DNA from: Bacteroidaceae bacterium
Lineage (GTDB): Bacteria; Bacteroidota; Bacteroidia; Bacteroidales; Barnesiellaceae_A
Direction of reading: 5' to 3'
Length of the DNA stretch: 64,000 nt
Assembly: GCA_017410245.1 (NCBI GenBank)
Contig: JAFQRE010000042.1
Span: forward strand, 136,536 to 200,535
Below are positions 34,573 through 45,164 of the stretch, piece after piece. The position numbers were made by a program, and so were the translations under genes. The notes under the pieces were generated by a model, which worked only from the letters and a program-made list of their open reading frames with translations, had not been told where the DNA came from and searched no databases. Numbering within the stretch: position 1 is the first letter of the stretch; the number at the start of each line of letters is the position of its first letter.

Positions 34573-36486
34573 TTACTTCACTTCCTCAAAGTCCACATCG
34601 GTGAAGTCACCAGCACCTTTGTTGTCGTTGCCGTTTTGTGCACCGGCATTCATATCGGGTGCTTGTTGTGCACCTTGTTGTTGAGCTTGTGCGTTGTAGA
34701 GGTCTTGAGCAGCGGCTTGAAGCACGTTGTTCAACTCTTCGGTGGCAGCGTCGATAGCAGCTATATCTTGAGCCTTGTGAGCATCTTTGAGTTTGCCCAA
34801 TGCACTCTCGATGTTGCTACGCTTGTCGGCTGGGAGTTTATCGCCCATCTCTTTGAGTTGCTTCTCGGTTTGGAAAATCATGGCATCGGCATGGTTGAGT
34901 TTCTCGATGCGCTCTTTTTCCTTGGCATCAGCCTCGGCATTAGCGGCAGCCTCTTCTTTCATGCGTTGAATTTCGGCGTCGCTCAAGCCACTTGAAGCCT
35001 CAATGCGGATACTTTGCTCTTTGCCTGTGCCTTTGTCCTTGGCCGATACGTTGAGAATACCGTTGGCGTCGATGTCAAATGTAACTTCGATTTGAGGTAC
35101 GCCACGCATAGCTGCGGGTATGCCATCGAGGTGGAAGCGACCGATAGTCTTGTTGTCCTTAGCCATAGGACGCTCGCCTTGCAATACGTGTATCTCTACC
35201 GAGGGTTGGTTGTCGGCTGCTGTTGAGAAGATTTCGCTCTTGCGGGTAGGAATAGTTGTATTTGCATCGATAAGTTTGGTCATCACGCCACCCAATGTCT
35301 CGATACCGAGCGAGAGGGGAGTAACGTCGAGCAAGAGTACATCTTTTACATCACCGGCAAGTACAGCTCCTTGAATAGCAGCACCGAGGGCTACTACTTC
35401 GTCAGGGTTTACACCCTTCGAGGGAACTTTACCGAAGAATTTCTCTACGATAGCTTGTATTGCGGGGATACGAGTTGAACCACCAACAAGGATAACTTCG
35501 TCGATATCTGATGTTGACAAGCCTGCGTCTGACAAGGCTTTGCGGCAAGGCTCGATTGTGGCTTGTATGAGGCGATCGGCAAGTTGCTCAAACTTGGCAC
35601 GTGTAAGTGTCTTAACCAAGTGTTTGGGCACACCGTTCACAGGCATGATATAGGGGAGGTTTATCTCGGTAGAGGTTGTGCTTGACAACTCTATCTTAGC
35701 CTTCTCGGCAGCCTCTTTGAGACGTTGCAAGGCCATGGGGTCTTGACGGAGATCTACACCCTCTTCGCTCTTGAACTCGTCGGCAAGCCAGTCGATAATA
35801 ACGTGGTCAAAGTCATCACCACCGAGGTGAGTATCACCATTGGTCGATTTTACTTCAAATACGCCATCGCCCAACTCAAGGATAGAGATATCGAATGTAC
35901 CACCACCCAAGTCAAATACAGCAATCTTCATGTCGCGGTCGCTCTTGTCGAGACCATAAGCGAGAGCTGCTGCTGTTGGCTCATTGACAATACGACGTAC
36001 TGTAAGACCTGCAATCTCGCCGGCCTCTTTTGTGGCTTGACGTTGGGCATCGTTGAAGTATGCAGGTACGGTGATAACGGCCTCAGTTACCTCTTGACCA
36101 ATGTAGTCCTCGGCTGTCTTTTTCATCTTTTGGAGTATCATTGCCGATATCTCTTGGGGAGTGTAAAGACGACCATCAACATCTACACGGGGAGTGTTGT
36201 TGTCGCTACGTACTACCTTGTAGGGCATACGAGCTACTTCGTTTGCAACGCGGTCATAGGTTTCGCCCATAAAACGCTTAATCGAGAAGATAGTGCGTGT
36301 GGGGTTGGTGATAGCTTGACGCTTGGCGGGATCGCCCACTTTACGCTCGCCACCATCTACAAATGCTACTACCGAAGGTGTGGTGCGACGACCTTCACTG
36401 TTGGCTATTACTACAGGCTCGGTGCCTTCCATTACTGCTACACACGAGTTGGTTGTACCTAAGTCAATACCAATAATTTTTCCCAT
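34573..36486 (-). CDS. dnaK: molecular chaperone DnaK (Hsp70)
   Basis: 637 aa with [21 protein letters not shown] and the full Hsp70 layout. Confidence 0.98.
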   Translation of the reverse strand: MGKIIGIDLGTTNSCVAVMEGTEPVVIANSEGRRTTPSVVAFVDGGERKVGDPAKRQAITNPTRTIFSIKRFMGETYDRVANEVARMPYKVVRSDNNTPRVDVDGRLYTPQEISAMILQKMKKTAEDYIGQEVTEAVITVPAYFNDAQRQATKEAGEIAGLTVRRIVNEPTAAALAYGLDKSDRDMKIAVFDLGGGTFDISILELGDGVFEVKSTNGDTHLGGDDFDHVIIDWLADEFKSEEGVDLRQDPMALQRLKEAAEKAKIELSSTTSTEINLPYIMPVNGVPKHLVKTLTRAKFEQLADRLIQATIEPCRKALSDAGLSTSDIDEVILVGGSTRIPAIQAIVEKFFGKVPSKGVNPDEVVALGAAIQGAVLAGDVKDVLLLDVTPLSLGIETLGGVMTKLIDANTTIPTRKSEIFSTAADNQPSVEIHVLQGERPMAKDNKTIGRFHLDGIPAAMRGVPQIEVTFDIDANGILNVSAKDKGTGKEQSIRIEASSGLSDAEIQRMKEEAAANAEADAKEKERIEKLNHADAMIFQTEKQLKEMGDKLPADKRSNIESALGKLKDAHKAQDIAAIDAATEELNNVLQAAAQDLYNAQAQQQGAQQAPDMNAGAQNGNDNKGAGDFTDVDFEEVK

Positions 36487-36837
36487 AATTCTTATATTTT
36501 TATTTGTTTTTTTATTTTCGTTTTTCGTTTTCGCCCTATATCGTGGGGCTTCGACTATTATATTTCAAATCTTGTGCCAAAATTTCTTGCCATCTAATTG
36601 GTGCATATTGGCAGTTGATTATGGGCGTTGATAGTCAAAATGTGTCAGTTTTTATGCCTATTTGTCACTTTCTTTTGTTGTGCCGGGGCTATGTATGGTG
36701 TGTTGTGGGTATCGTCTCTATATCGATAATGACTATTAAGCGGTGTGAAATTTGTATTAATATTTGCTTTTTATAGGTGATGTATCCTATTTAAGCTGTA
36801 TATTTGCCATAATCTATATTCTAATACACACAAAAAC

Positions 36838-37530
36838 ATGTCGCGTTGGCTATCTATATTATTGTCTATTGTCCTGTATTCTCTATGTGTCGAGGCTCAA
36901 ACCATTACATTGTCCGATACGCTCTTTGCGATGCCCAACAATACTGAAGATATTGTGACGTTACCGACCGAACGCCCTCGCTTTACCATCGATGGAGCGC
37001 TCTTCGAGGTAGCTCCGGCTGTTAAGGTGGAAGACTATCTGACAGCTCCCGACTACTCGCACTCTTTTTTCGACTATTTCCCCGAGTTGCCATCGGAGTT
37101 TTTTCTTCATGTGCTGGTATTGCATCTGTCAAAGGTAAAAATACCCGGATTGGAGGCCGATTTGGCACGTTATAATATAATGTTGGAAAACTTCAATCGC
37201 AATCTATATGAAGGAGGTGGTTACAAAGTACCCTATGTTCCGGCGATTGTGGGCGACACACATAGCTCTACTTTTGTGACAGCCGGTGGTGGAATAGTTG
37301 TGTATTCGGGCTGCCTCGACCCCTTGGAGGCTTATCGACGCTGGGAGCAGGAACGCCGATTGTTGCGTGCTCGTAAAATAATTAATTTTCTTGAAGATGA
37401 CACACCATCGGCTATACAACGCGATGCGGCAGACAATATGCCTATCTCGCCCAATCTATTCAATATGCCCGATGATAATTACGATGTGAAAGTAAAGAAA
37501 GATGGTGATAATCCACCATACAGACCTTGA
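36838..37530 (+). CDS. secreted hypothetical protein
   Basis: 230 aa with signal peptide MSRWLSILLSIVLYSLCVEAQ. No family recognised. Confidence 0.5.
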   Translation: MSRWLSILLSIVLYSLCVEAQTITLSDTLFAMPNNTEDIVTLPTERPRFTIDGALFEVAPAVKVEDYLTAPDYSHSFFDYFPELPSEFFLHVLVLHLSKVKIPGLEADLARYNIMLENFNRNLYEGGGYKVPYVPAIVGDTHSSTFVTAGGGIVVYSGCLDPLEAYRRWEQERRLLRARKIINFLEDDTPSAIQRDAADNMPISPNLFNMPDDNYDVKVKKDGDNPPYRP

Positions 37531-37543
37531 TGATGGGGTGTGG

Positions 37544-37915
37544 CTATTCCGACACCTTTAGTATCGAAAGGGTTGCTATGGGTAGAGTGTTGTCAGATGT
37601 AATTGAATAGATGCTGCAAGCCTCTCCGGTGACAGCATTATGGGACGAAAGTATCTCATTATCTATTATTGCCTTATCTATCGTAAGCAAAGGATTGACG
37701 TTGAGTTGCTGTTGCAGTAGCGACAGGAAGTGTCCTTTGTGTGTGTCAAACTCTTTATTTACAACCAGAAGCATTCCATCGCAAAATATTGTGTTGGCCG
37801 TTTCGTTGCTGAATGGATTGATAGAGAGCAACTTGTTGCGTTGGCAAAAGACAGTGTGCAGATGATATATTGCTCCTGCGCAGTAACATTTATGTGCAAG
37901 ATAACCTTTTTTCAT
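37544..37915 (-). CDS. hypothetical protein (123 aa)
   Basis: Track ORF ending 3 nt downstream of the lipoprotein gene. No motif recognised. Confidence 0.35.
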   Translation of the reverse strand: MKKGYLAHKCYCAGAIYHLHTVFCQRNKLLSINPFSNETANTIFCDGMLLVVNKEFDTHKGHFLSLLQQQLNVNPLLTIDKAIIDNEILSSHNAVTGEACSIYSITSDNTLPIATLSILKVSE

Positions 37916-37917
37916 GC

Positions 37918-38814
37918 TTATGGCTCAGGAACTAAGTGGCGACGCACCAGCTCGCTCTTCGATTTTTTTACACTCTTCTTTTTCTCTTTCTTGGTGTTTT
38001 TGTCTTTGTCTTTGTCGCTGTTTTCGGGCATTGCATTGATGACATAGTACTCCTCCATAGGCATATTTTTCTTGTTATGTATGCGAGTAAGTTCTATGTT
38101 ATCAATGTACATTCTGTGTTTATCGTGCCGAGGTGGCATTACTACATAGCCATATACATCGTTCAAGTTGGCTAAAGAGTCGCTTTGCACTTTCAGGGTG
38201 TTCCAGCCGTTGCGCACCTCACCGTAGTTGTAGTGTATGATATGGTTGTTGTGGCGTACTGCTAAGTAAACCTTTGTATCGCTGTTTTGAGGTACATTTA
38301 TAGCGTGAAATCGCAGAGCGAAATGGTCGCGACGTTCAAAGTTCTCGTCCTTATCTATGTTGAAAGCCAATACGTTTTGACCCTTGTCCGAGTCGAAGAT
38401 ATGCCAATTTTGCTCTTTCCATATATTTACGGTATCGCCGGCATCGGTTAGTGTCTGCACATTTTCTTGAGCAATGAGTTCTTTTATTGCCTCATTTTCT
38501 TTTTTCAGCCGGTCGATAACTTGGTCGTACACGTCCATATACACGTCGAGGTTGTTGCCATACCATATCAACGATGTGTCAAAGTCGGCCTTTGTTGTGT
38601 TGTGGCGCATAAAAACAGCCTCGCGCATGGCTCGCCTTTTCTCATCGGTAGGAAACTTGCTGTGGTTGAGTGTCATTACGGCCTCGGTTTTATGTATATC
38701 TACAAGAAGATCTACCATGCGATCTTCTTCTATGACATAGTCGGGTTGGCCTTTACAGGCCGACAAAATAATTGCAAATAGCAACCCGATGGCTATGAGG
38801 CGTGTAGTTTTCAT
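37918..38814 (-). CDS. lipoprotein (DUF4296-like N-terminal region, Lys-rich tail)
   Basis: 298 aa. Lipobox LLFAIILSAC. The MVDLLVDIHKTEAV segment and its position next to lspA recall the DUF4296 lipoproteins of Bacteroidetes. Confidence 0.55.
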   Translation of the reverse strand: MKTTRLIAIGLLFAIILSACKGQPDYVIEEDRMVDLLVDIHKTEAVMTLNHSKFPTDEKRRAMREAVFMRHNTTKADFDTSLIWYGNNLDVYMDVYDQVIDRLKKENEAIKELIAQENVQTLTDAGDTVNIWKEQNWHIFDSDKGQNVLAFNIDKDENFERRDHFALRFHAINVPQNSDTKVYLAVRHNNHIIHYNYGEVRNGWNTLKVQSDSLANLNDVYGYVVMPPRHDKHRMYIDNIELTRIHNKKNMPMEEYYVINAMPENSDKDKDKNTKKEKKKSVKKSKSELVRRHLVPEP

Positions 38815-38823
38815 TGTAGTAGC

Positions 38824-39462
38824 TTATTTCTTGGTATTCTCTACAGGCTTGTTCTCTTCGCCACCAAGTTGTTTGTAATAGAAAAGCAATATGATGGCTA
38901 CTCCCACACAGATGGCCGAGTCGGCTATGTTGAAGATGGGTTGGAAGAACTCGAAGTACTCACCACCCACAAATGGTACCCAATCGGGCCAGTAGAAAGA
39001 GAATAGTGGGAAGTAGAGCATATCTACAACTCTACCATAAAAGAACGGTGCATAACCGCCACCCTCTGGGAAGATAGTAGCTACAGCAGGAGGCATGGGA
39101 GCATCGAAGATGAGTCCGTAGAACATACAATCTATGATGTTGCCTATGGCACCGGCCTCGATGAGTGCCACGCAGGCAATGAAGCCCATAGTGTATTGTG
39201 GGCGACGACAGATATACCATAATGCGTAGCCCAAAAATCCCGATGCTATGATGCGAAATATGGTAAGGAATAGTTTACTGCCCAATTCCATGCCAAAAGC
39301 TGCACCATTATTCTCGATAAATGCTATCTTAAACCAACTTGTCACATCGATGCTCTCGCCTATATACATATTGGTCTTGACGGCAATCTTTACACATTGG
39401 TCTATGAGTAATATGGCAAAAATGATAATGGTAGCCCAATGCCCGCGCGATAATCTTTTCAT
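38824..39462 (-). CDS. lspA: lipoprotein signal peptidase II
   Basis: 212 aa with FIENNGAAFGM and VVDMLYF...FNIADSAI motifs and 4 TM segments. Confidence 0.9.
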   Translation of the reverse strand: MKRLSRGHWATIIIFAILLIDQCVKIAVKTNMYIGESIDVTSWFKIAFIENNGAAFGMELGSKLFLTIFRIIASGFLGYALWYICRRPQYTMGFIACVALIEAGAIGNIIDCMFYGLIFDAPMPPAVATIFPEGGGYAPFFYGRVVDMLYFPLFSFYWPDWVPFVGGEYFEFFQPIFNIADSAICVGVAIILLFYYKQLGGEENKPVENTKK

Positions 39463-39566
39463 GTAGGTTGTTATGTGTTCGGTTTATTTTTTTCAATAAT
39501 ACTGCAACCACATACTGTCTGCATCGCAGTGATACAGGTAAGTATGTGGTTGTATGGGGTAGTGTG

Positions 39567-39947
39567 TTATTTTACACCTTTGTTCTTGGCCTCAACGCTC
39601 AGTGTAGCGTGGGGTACAGCCATCAAGCGCTCTTTGGGTATCAGCTTGCCGGTTTCGCGGCATATACCATAGGTCTTATTCTCGATGCGAATAAGCGCAG
39701 CTTGCAGGTGTTGTATAAACTTCATTTGGCGCTCTGCAAGTCGGCCGGCCTCTTCTTTCGAGAGTGTATTGGCTCCCTCTTCAAGTACCTTGAATGTAGG
39801 TGATGTATCGGTAACATCGTTGCCATCGTTATTCATGATGGCAGATTTGAGACTTTCATAGTCCTTCAATGCCTTGGCGAGTTTCATATTGATTACCTCG
39901 CGGAACTCTTCCAGTTCGGCATCTGAATAGCGTGTTTTCTCAGCCAT
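39567..39947 (-). CDS. DksA/TraR-family zinc-finger regulator
   Basis: Start at MAEKTRYSDAELEEF (ATG at 39947). It has a coiled-coil region and the C-terminus YGICRETGKLIPKERLMAVPHATLSVEAK. It lies directly downstream of ileS. Confidence 0.75.
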   Translation of the reverse strand: MAEKTRYSDAELEEFREVINMKLAKALKDYESLKSAIMNNDGNDVTDTSPTFKVLEEGANTLSKEEAGRLAERQMKFIQHLQAALIRIENKTYGICRETGKLIPKERLMAVPHATLSVEAKNKGVK

Positions 39948-40023
39948 AGTCGTTTGTTTTATAAGGTTAAATAATTTATGTAACAAATCGCTGATGTAAC
40001 GGTTCGAAAGGGTAAAGACTTTT

Positions 40024-43000
40024 TTAAGCCTTTACCACTTTAACCATCAACTTGAATGTGTCGAAATCGAGTTCGGTAACATTCTCACCGGCTTCTACAG
40101 CATCTACAGTGAAGCTCTCGGCAAGTACTTGATGTGCCATATATTCGCGATACTCGGCAATGGCGGCATCAGTCTCTTCGTTGTGTGCTATTGTTACATG
40201 TATCTTGTCGGTAATTTCAAAACCGCTTGTTTTACGTATGTTTTGTATGCGGTTGATCAACTCGCGAGCATAGCCTTCGCGACGCAACTCATCGGTGATG
40301 GTAACATCGAGGGCTACTGTGAGGCGACCTTCGTTGGCAACGAGCCAGCCGGGAATATCTTCCGACAATATCTCTACATCGGCCAATTCTACCACTGCTG
40401 CATTGCCTTCTATATCGAATGTGAAAGAACCATTCTTCTCAAATGCAAGAATATCTTCTTGACTCATCTCGGTAATGGTTGCGGCAAGTTGTTTCATCAT
40501 CTTGCCATAACGTTGTCCAAGGGCTTTGAAGTTGGGTTTCACACGTTTTACTACTACACCGGCTGCGTTATCGACAAACTTCAACTCTTTGACATTTACC
40601 TCGGCAAGGATAAGCTCTTTCATTGCCTCGATGTGGTTGCGTTGAGTTTCATCTACAACAGGTACCATCAGTGTGCTGAGGGGCTGACGTACTTTGATAT
40701 TGACCTTACGGCGCAAAGCCAATACCATTGATGTGATGTCTTGAGCAATGCGCATGCGCTCCTCCAACTCGTTGTTGGTTTCGTTTGCTGCGGGGAATTG
40801 GCTCAAGTGTACCGATTTATTGTCGCGACCTGTGGCAGTTGTAAGGTCGGTGTACAAGCGGTCGGCATAGAAGGGTGCGATAGGTGCCATGAGGCGTGCA
40901 ATTGTCTCAAGACATGTGTAGAGTGTTTGATAAGCCGAGAGCTTGTCCTCATTCATTTCGCCACCCCAGAAACGCTTGCGGTTGAGGCGAACATACCAGT
41001 TACTCAAGTTGTCGTTTACAAAGTCCGAAATGGCGCGACCGGCACGTGTAGGCTCATAGTTGGCATAGTAGCCATCTACCTCTTCTATCAATGAGTTGAG
41101 CAGTGAGATTATCCAGCGGTCGATCTCGGGACGTTGAGCTACAGGTATGATGGGCTCTGTTCCGGTGAAGCCATCTACATTGGCATAGAGAGCAAAGAAA
41201 GAGTATGTGTTGTAGAGTGTGCCGAAGAATTTACGACGCACCTCTTCTACACCTTCCAGGTCGAACTTGAGGTTGTCCCAAGGCGATGCATTGGTAATCA
41301 TATACCAACGTAGGGGGTCGGAACCATACTTCTCGATGGTCTCAAAGGGATCTACAGCATTGCCAAGACGTTTCGACATCTTGTTGCCGTTTTTATCGAG
41401 TACAAGACCGTTTGAGATAACGGCTTTATATGAGATGTTGTCAAATACCATTGTAGAGATGGCGTGCAAGGTATAGAACCAACCACGAGTTTGGTCCACG
41501 CCCTCGGCAATGAAGTTGCAGGGGAATACATCGCCTCGCTCAAATGCCTCCTTGTTCTCGAAGGGATAGTGTATCTGGGCATAGGGCATAGCACCCGAGT
41601 CGAACCATACGTCGATAAGGTCGCTTTCGCGGCGCATAGGTTTACCACTCTCCGATACGAGCATGATGTCATCGACATAAGGACGGTGCAAGTCTATCTT
41701 CTCATAGTTTTCCTTGGTATATACACCCGGCTCGAAACCACGCTCTTTATAGGGGTTGCTTGCCATCACACCGGCGGCTACAGCTTTCTCTATCTCATTG
41801 TAGAGGTGCTCTACCGACTCGATGCATATCTCTTCATCGCCCTCTTCGGTACGCCAAATGGGAAGCGGAGTACCCCAATAGCGCGAGCGGCTCAAGTTCC
41901 AGTCGTTAAGGTTTTCCAACCACTTGCCAAAGCGACCTGTACCTGTCGATTCGGGTTTCCAATTGATAGTCTTGTTGAGGGCTATCATGCGGTCTTTGGC
42001 AGCAGTAGAACGGATAAACCAGCTATCCAACGGATAGTAGAGTACGGGTTTGTCTGTTCGCCAGCAGTGAGGATAGTTGTGTACGTGTTTCTCCATCTTG
42101 AAGGCCTTTTGCTCGGCTTTCATCTTCATGCAGATATACACATCGAGGCTCTCGGCTGCCGATGCGGCTTGCTCGTCGTACTTGCCATCGATAGTAAATT
42201 GAGGATCGTAGGCATTCTTTACCCAGCGACCTTGATATTCATTATAAAGCTCCTCGTTGATGCAAGCCTTTACAAATTGCTCGTCAAGTTCGTCCATGGT
42301 ATAGAACTTACCTGTCAAATCAACCATAGGACGAGTTTCACCGCGCTTGTTGATCATGAAGAGTGAGGGAATACCCGCAGCACGTGCTACAAAAGCGTCA
42401 TCGGCACCAAAGGTGGGAGCAATGTGTACGATACCGGTACCATCTTCGGTAGTTACATAGTCACCGGCTATCACGCGGAATGCTTTGTCCGATGCCTCTT
42501 CCCAGTTGCCTTCTTCATCTACAGTAACAGGCTTAACCCAAGGCAACAATTGCTCATAGTGCATGCCTACGAGGTCGGTACCTTTGTATTCGCCTACGAC
42601 TTTGAAGGGAATGAGTTTGTCACCGGGCTTGTAGTCTTCGAGAGCCAAGCCTTCTGCTTTCTTGTTGAAGTGGCTGTAGAGTAGGGGTTTAGCCAATACT
42701 ACAGTAATCTTCTCGCCATTGTAGGCGTTGTATGTTTGCACAGCTACATACTCAATCTTGGGGCCAACGCACAATGCTGTGTTTGAGGGAAGTGTCCAAG
42801 GTGTAGTTGTCCATGCTATGAAGTAGGGTGTACCCCATTGAGCCATTTCGGGCTTGGGATCTACCATCTTGAATTGTCCTACTACGGTGAGGTCTTTTAC
42901 ATCGCGGTAGCAACCGGGTTGGTTCAACTCGTGTGAACTGAGGCCTGTACCGGCAGCAGGCGAGTAAGGCTGAATTGTGTAGCCCTTATAAAGCAAGTTC

Positions 43001-43512
43001 TTGTTATAGAGCTGTTTCAAGAGCCACCACAAAGTCTCTATATAACGATTGTCGTAGGTGATGTAGGGATCTTCCATATCAACCCAATAACCCATCTTGT
43101 GGGTAAGGTCTTCCCACTCGTGAGTATATTTCATCACGTCTTTGCGACAAGCTGCATTGTACTCTGCTACACTGATGGTTTTGCCTATATCTTCTTTGGT
43201 AATGCCCATAGCCTTCTCAACACCCAACTCAACGGGTAGTCCGTGTGTATCCCAACCGGCCTTGCGCATTACTTTGTAACCTTTCATTGTCTTGTAACGG
43301 CAGAAAATATCTTTGATAGAACGTGCCATTACGTGGTGAATACCGGGCATACCGTTGGCCGAAGGAGGACCTTCATAGAAAACGAATGAGGGGCAACCTT
43401 CGCGTGTCTCTATACTCTTACGAAAAACATCGTTTTCGTCCCATGTTTTCAATACCTCTTTATTGATGTCCGAGAGGTTAAACTTGGTATATTCGGTAAA
43501 TTTCTTACTCAT
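40024..43512 (-). CDS. ileS: isoleucine--tRNA ligase
   Basis: 1162 aa. Class I motifs PSANGMPGIHH (HIGH-type) and KMSKR, with the long type-2 IleRS architecture. Confidence 0.98.
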   Translation of the reverse strand: MSKKFTEYTKFNLSDINKEVLKTWDENDVFRKSIETREGCPSFVFYEGPPSANGMPGIHHVMARSIKDIFCRYKTMKGYKVMRKAGWDTHGLPVELGVEKAMGITKEDIGKTISVAEYNAACRKDVMKYTHEWEDLTHKMGYWVDMEDPYITYDNRYIETLWWLLKQLYNKNLLYKGYTIQPYSPAAGTGLSSHELNQPGCYRDVKDLTVVGQFKMVDPKPEMAQWGTPYFIAWTTTPWTLPSNTALCVGPKIEYVAVQTYNAYNGEKITVVLAKPLLYSHFNKKAEGLALEDYKPGDKLIPFKVVGEYKGTDLVGMHYEQLLPWVKPVTVDEEGNWEEASDKAFRVIAGDYVTTEDGTGIVHIAPTFGADDAFVARAAGIPSLFMINKRGETRPMVDLTGKFYTMDELDEQFVKACINEELYNEYQGRWVKNAYDPQFTIDGKYDEQAASAAESLDVYICMKMKAEQKAFKMEKHVHNYPHCWRTDKPVLYYPLDSWFIRSTAAKDRMIALNKTINWKPESTGTGRFGKWLENLNDWNLSRSRYWGTPLPIWRTEEGDEEICIESVEHLYNEIEKAVAAGVMASNPYKERGFEPGVYTKENYEKIDLHRPYVDDIMLVSESGKPMRRESDLIDVWFDSGAMPYAQIHYPFENKEAFERGDVFPCNFIAEGVDQTRGWFYTLHAISTMVFDNISYKAVISNGLVLDKNGNKMSKRLGNAVDPFETIEKYGSDPLRWYMITNASPWDNLKFDLEGVEEVRRKFFGTLYNTYSFFALYANVDGFTGTEPIIPVAQRPEIDRWIISLLNSLIEEVDGYYANYEPTRAGRAISDFVNDNLSNWYVRLNRKRFWGGEMNEDKLSAYQTLYTCLETIARLMAPIAPFYADRLYTDLTTATGRDNKSVHLSQFPAANETNNELEERMRIAQDITSMVLALRRKVNIKVRQPLSTLMVPVVDETQRNHIEAMKELILAEVNVKELKFVDNAAGVVVKRVKPNFKALGQRYGKMMKQLAATITEMSQEDILAFEKNGSFTFDIEGNAAVVELADVEILSEDIPGWLVANEGRLTVALDVTITDELRREGYARELINRIQNIRKTSGFEITDKIHVTIAHNEETDAAIAEYREYMAHQVLAESFTVDAVEAGENVTELDFDTFKLMVKVVKA

Positions 43513-43653
43513 ATTAGTCTGTTATTTACTCGTTCGATAAAAATATCTGCGAAGATACAAAAAAATAGTATATCTATCGCAATTGTTTTATAATTATTAC
43601 ATTTATTACTTAATTTGTTCTGTTTAAGTTGTAGCTTACGGAGTTATAGCCTT

Positions 43654-44337
43654 TCAACCTACACCTAAATCGGTGTTTTCTATGAGCACTTCTATGCGTT
43701 CGTCATCGACAAGCATCGGGTATATTTCGTTGCGAAACCACCGGGCCAATTCTACATCTTGCTTGACAGCTGTGCTGTTGTTGTTAAATACATTTACACT
43801 GGTATATTCAAAGTGTCGGCGTGCCGTAGCTATGTCGTTTACTATACGCTGGGTGCTATCACCTATGGTACAGCACAGCAGACACACACCATCGAAGTAC
43901 TTGGCCACATCTTCGGCTGTTACGTCGAGAGGAATGCCTTTGTTCCATTGTTGGCGTAACGCTCCATCGAAGCTCTCTATACCGCATCTAAACTTCACTT
44001 GTGCCGGGGCAAACTGTCGGGCAAACTCCTGCAACTTATGGCGATACATATAGTGCATCTCAAACCATATAGTCTTTATACCTTTCTCTACGACAATCTG
44101 TTGCAACAGCGATATGGTGTCGTGGTCGAGTTCTATACCCGAGCCTGAGTTGATGACATCGAGTACGCCATGCTTGCCACTTACTTGCGATAGTACCTCA
44201 CGATTGATGGTATAGGGTGTTGTACTTGTGTCGGTGTGGTAGTCGCAGAAGGTGCAACGGCCCCAGCGACAACCCGTACCTTGCAAGAGTACAAATTCAC
44301 GTGGGAACTTCTTGTCTATCTGTGCGTAACGTATCAT
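43654..44337 (-). CDS. small radical SAM protein with Cx4Cx2C cluster (Elp3/RaSEA-like subgroup?)
   Basis: 227 aa. GC23RWGRC28TFC31DY departs from the usual Cx3Cx2C spacing. There is a 4-nt overlap with the upstream YhhQ-like gene. Confidence 0.65.
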   Translation of the reverse strand: MIRYAQIDKKFPREFVLLQGTGCRWGRCTFCDYHTDTSTTPYTINREVLSQVSGKHGVLDVINSGSGIELDHDTISLLQQIVVEKGIKTIWFEMHYMYRHKLQEFARQFAPAQVKFRCGIESFDGALRQQWNKGIPLDVTAEDVAKYFDGVCLLCCTIGDSTQRIVNDIATARRHFEYTSVNVFNNNSTAVKQDVELARWFRNEIYPMLVDDERIEVLIENTDLGVG

Positions 44338-45011
44338 GGCTTGGTGGTGTGTAGATGGTTTTTAACCCAGCGTATTACGATATATGCCATAGGTGTACCC
44401 ATCGAAGCCTCTATCATGAGTTTCGATATATATTGAAATACCAGCATATACAGCAGGTCGTGCGTGCTCACAACTCCGGCAAAGGCTATCAGTACAAACG
44501 GAACAGTATCGAACAGGTAGCCTACTGCCGAGCTGCCAATGGTGCGCACCCATAGATGCTTGCCTTGCATGCGTTGTTTGATGTAGTCCATGACCCATGC
44601 ATTCGACAACTCTCCACAGAGGAAGCCTGCCAATGAGCCTAACACAATGCGAGGAACGTAGGTAAACACATTGTTATAGGCCATAGCACTATCGGCTAAG
44701 TAGTGGGGCGAGGGTAGCCACACTCCTACTTGTGTGCATACGACAAGGAGTATATTGCACACCAAGGTGAGGTATATGATGCGCTTGGAAGTGCGAAATC
44801 CCCATATCTCGGTGATTACATCGCCCAGCATATAGGCAAATGGGAAGGTTATTGTGCCGGCATCGAAGTAAAACAGGTCAAAGAGGCCTATTACTTTTAC
44901 AGCCATAATGTTCGATACGAGATACAGTGTTACAAACAACGCTGTGACAATCATCAGTGGCCAGTGATTGACTTCTCGGTTTTTTAAAGGGTTTTCCGAA
45001 ACCTTGTTCAT
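44334..45011 (-). CDS. YhhQ/VUT-family queuosine-precursor transporter
   Basis: 225 aa with 6 predicted TM segments. FPFAYMLGDVITEIWG resembles the conserved YhhQ (DUF165) motif. Confidence 0.7.
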   Translation of the reverse strand: MNKVSENPLKNREVNHWPLMIVTALFVTLYLVSNIMAVKVIGLFDLFYFDAGTITFPFAYMLGDVITEIWGFRTSKRIIYLTLVCNILLVVCTQVGVWLPSPHYLADSAMAYNNVFTYVPRIVLGSLAGFLCGELSNAWVMDYIKQRMQGKHLWVRTIGSSAVGYLFDTVPFVLIAFAGVVSTHDLLYMLVFQYISKLMIEASMGTPMAYIVIRWVKNHLHTTKP

Positions 45012-45164
45012 TGTATATCAGTTGTTTAAATTTTGTTGGCGCGATAGTATCTCCATCGCATCTGCCTTTGGTGTGGCGCAAATTTACTACATTCTTTCTA
45101 CATAGCATTATTTTGTAACCATTTTTTGTAACTTTGCAGTTGTATATACCTATACAGAGATATT

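Noticed and set aside
34477-36462. Plus-strand ORFs (172 aa, 245 aa and several ~60-85 aa) overlapping dnaK
   Set aside because: They are antisense to an unambiguous Hsp70 gene and have no recognisable motifs.
36504-36958. 90-aa and 64-aa plus-strand ORFs in the dnaK upstream region
   Set aside because: The region is an AT-rich promoter/leader. The products are Phe/Cys/Leu-rich. The second overlaps and is out of frame with the better-supported signal-peptide ORF starting at 36838.
39505-39552. 12-bp hairpin (CAACCACATACT / AGTATGTGGTTG) downstream of the dksA-like gene, considered as its terminator
   Set aside because: The loop is 24 nt and the T-run lies on the wrong side for a minus-strand terminator. 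It is left uncalled.
40129-42684. Plus-strand ORFs of 86-300 aa inside ileS
   Set aside because: They are antisense shadow ORFs of a 1162-aa conserved tRNA ligase gene.
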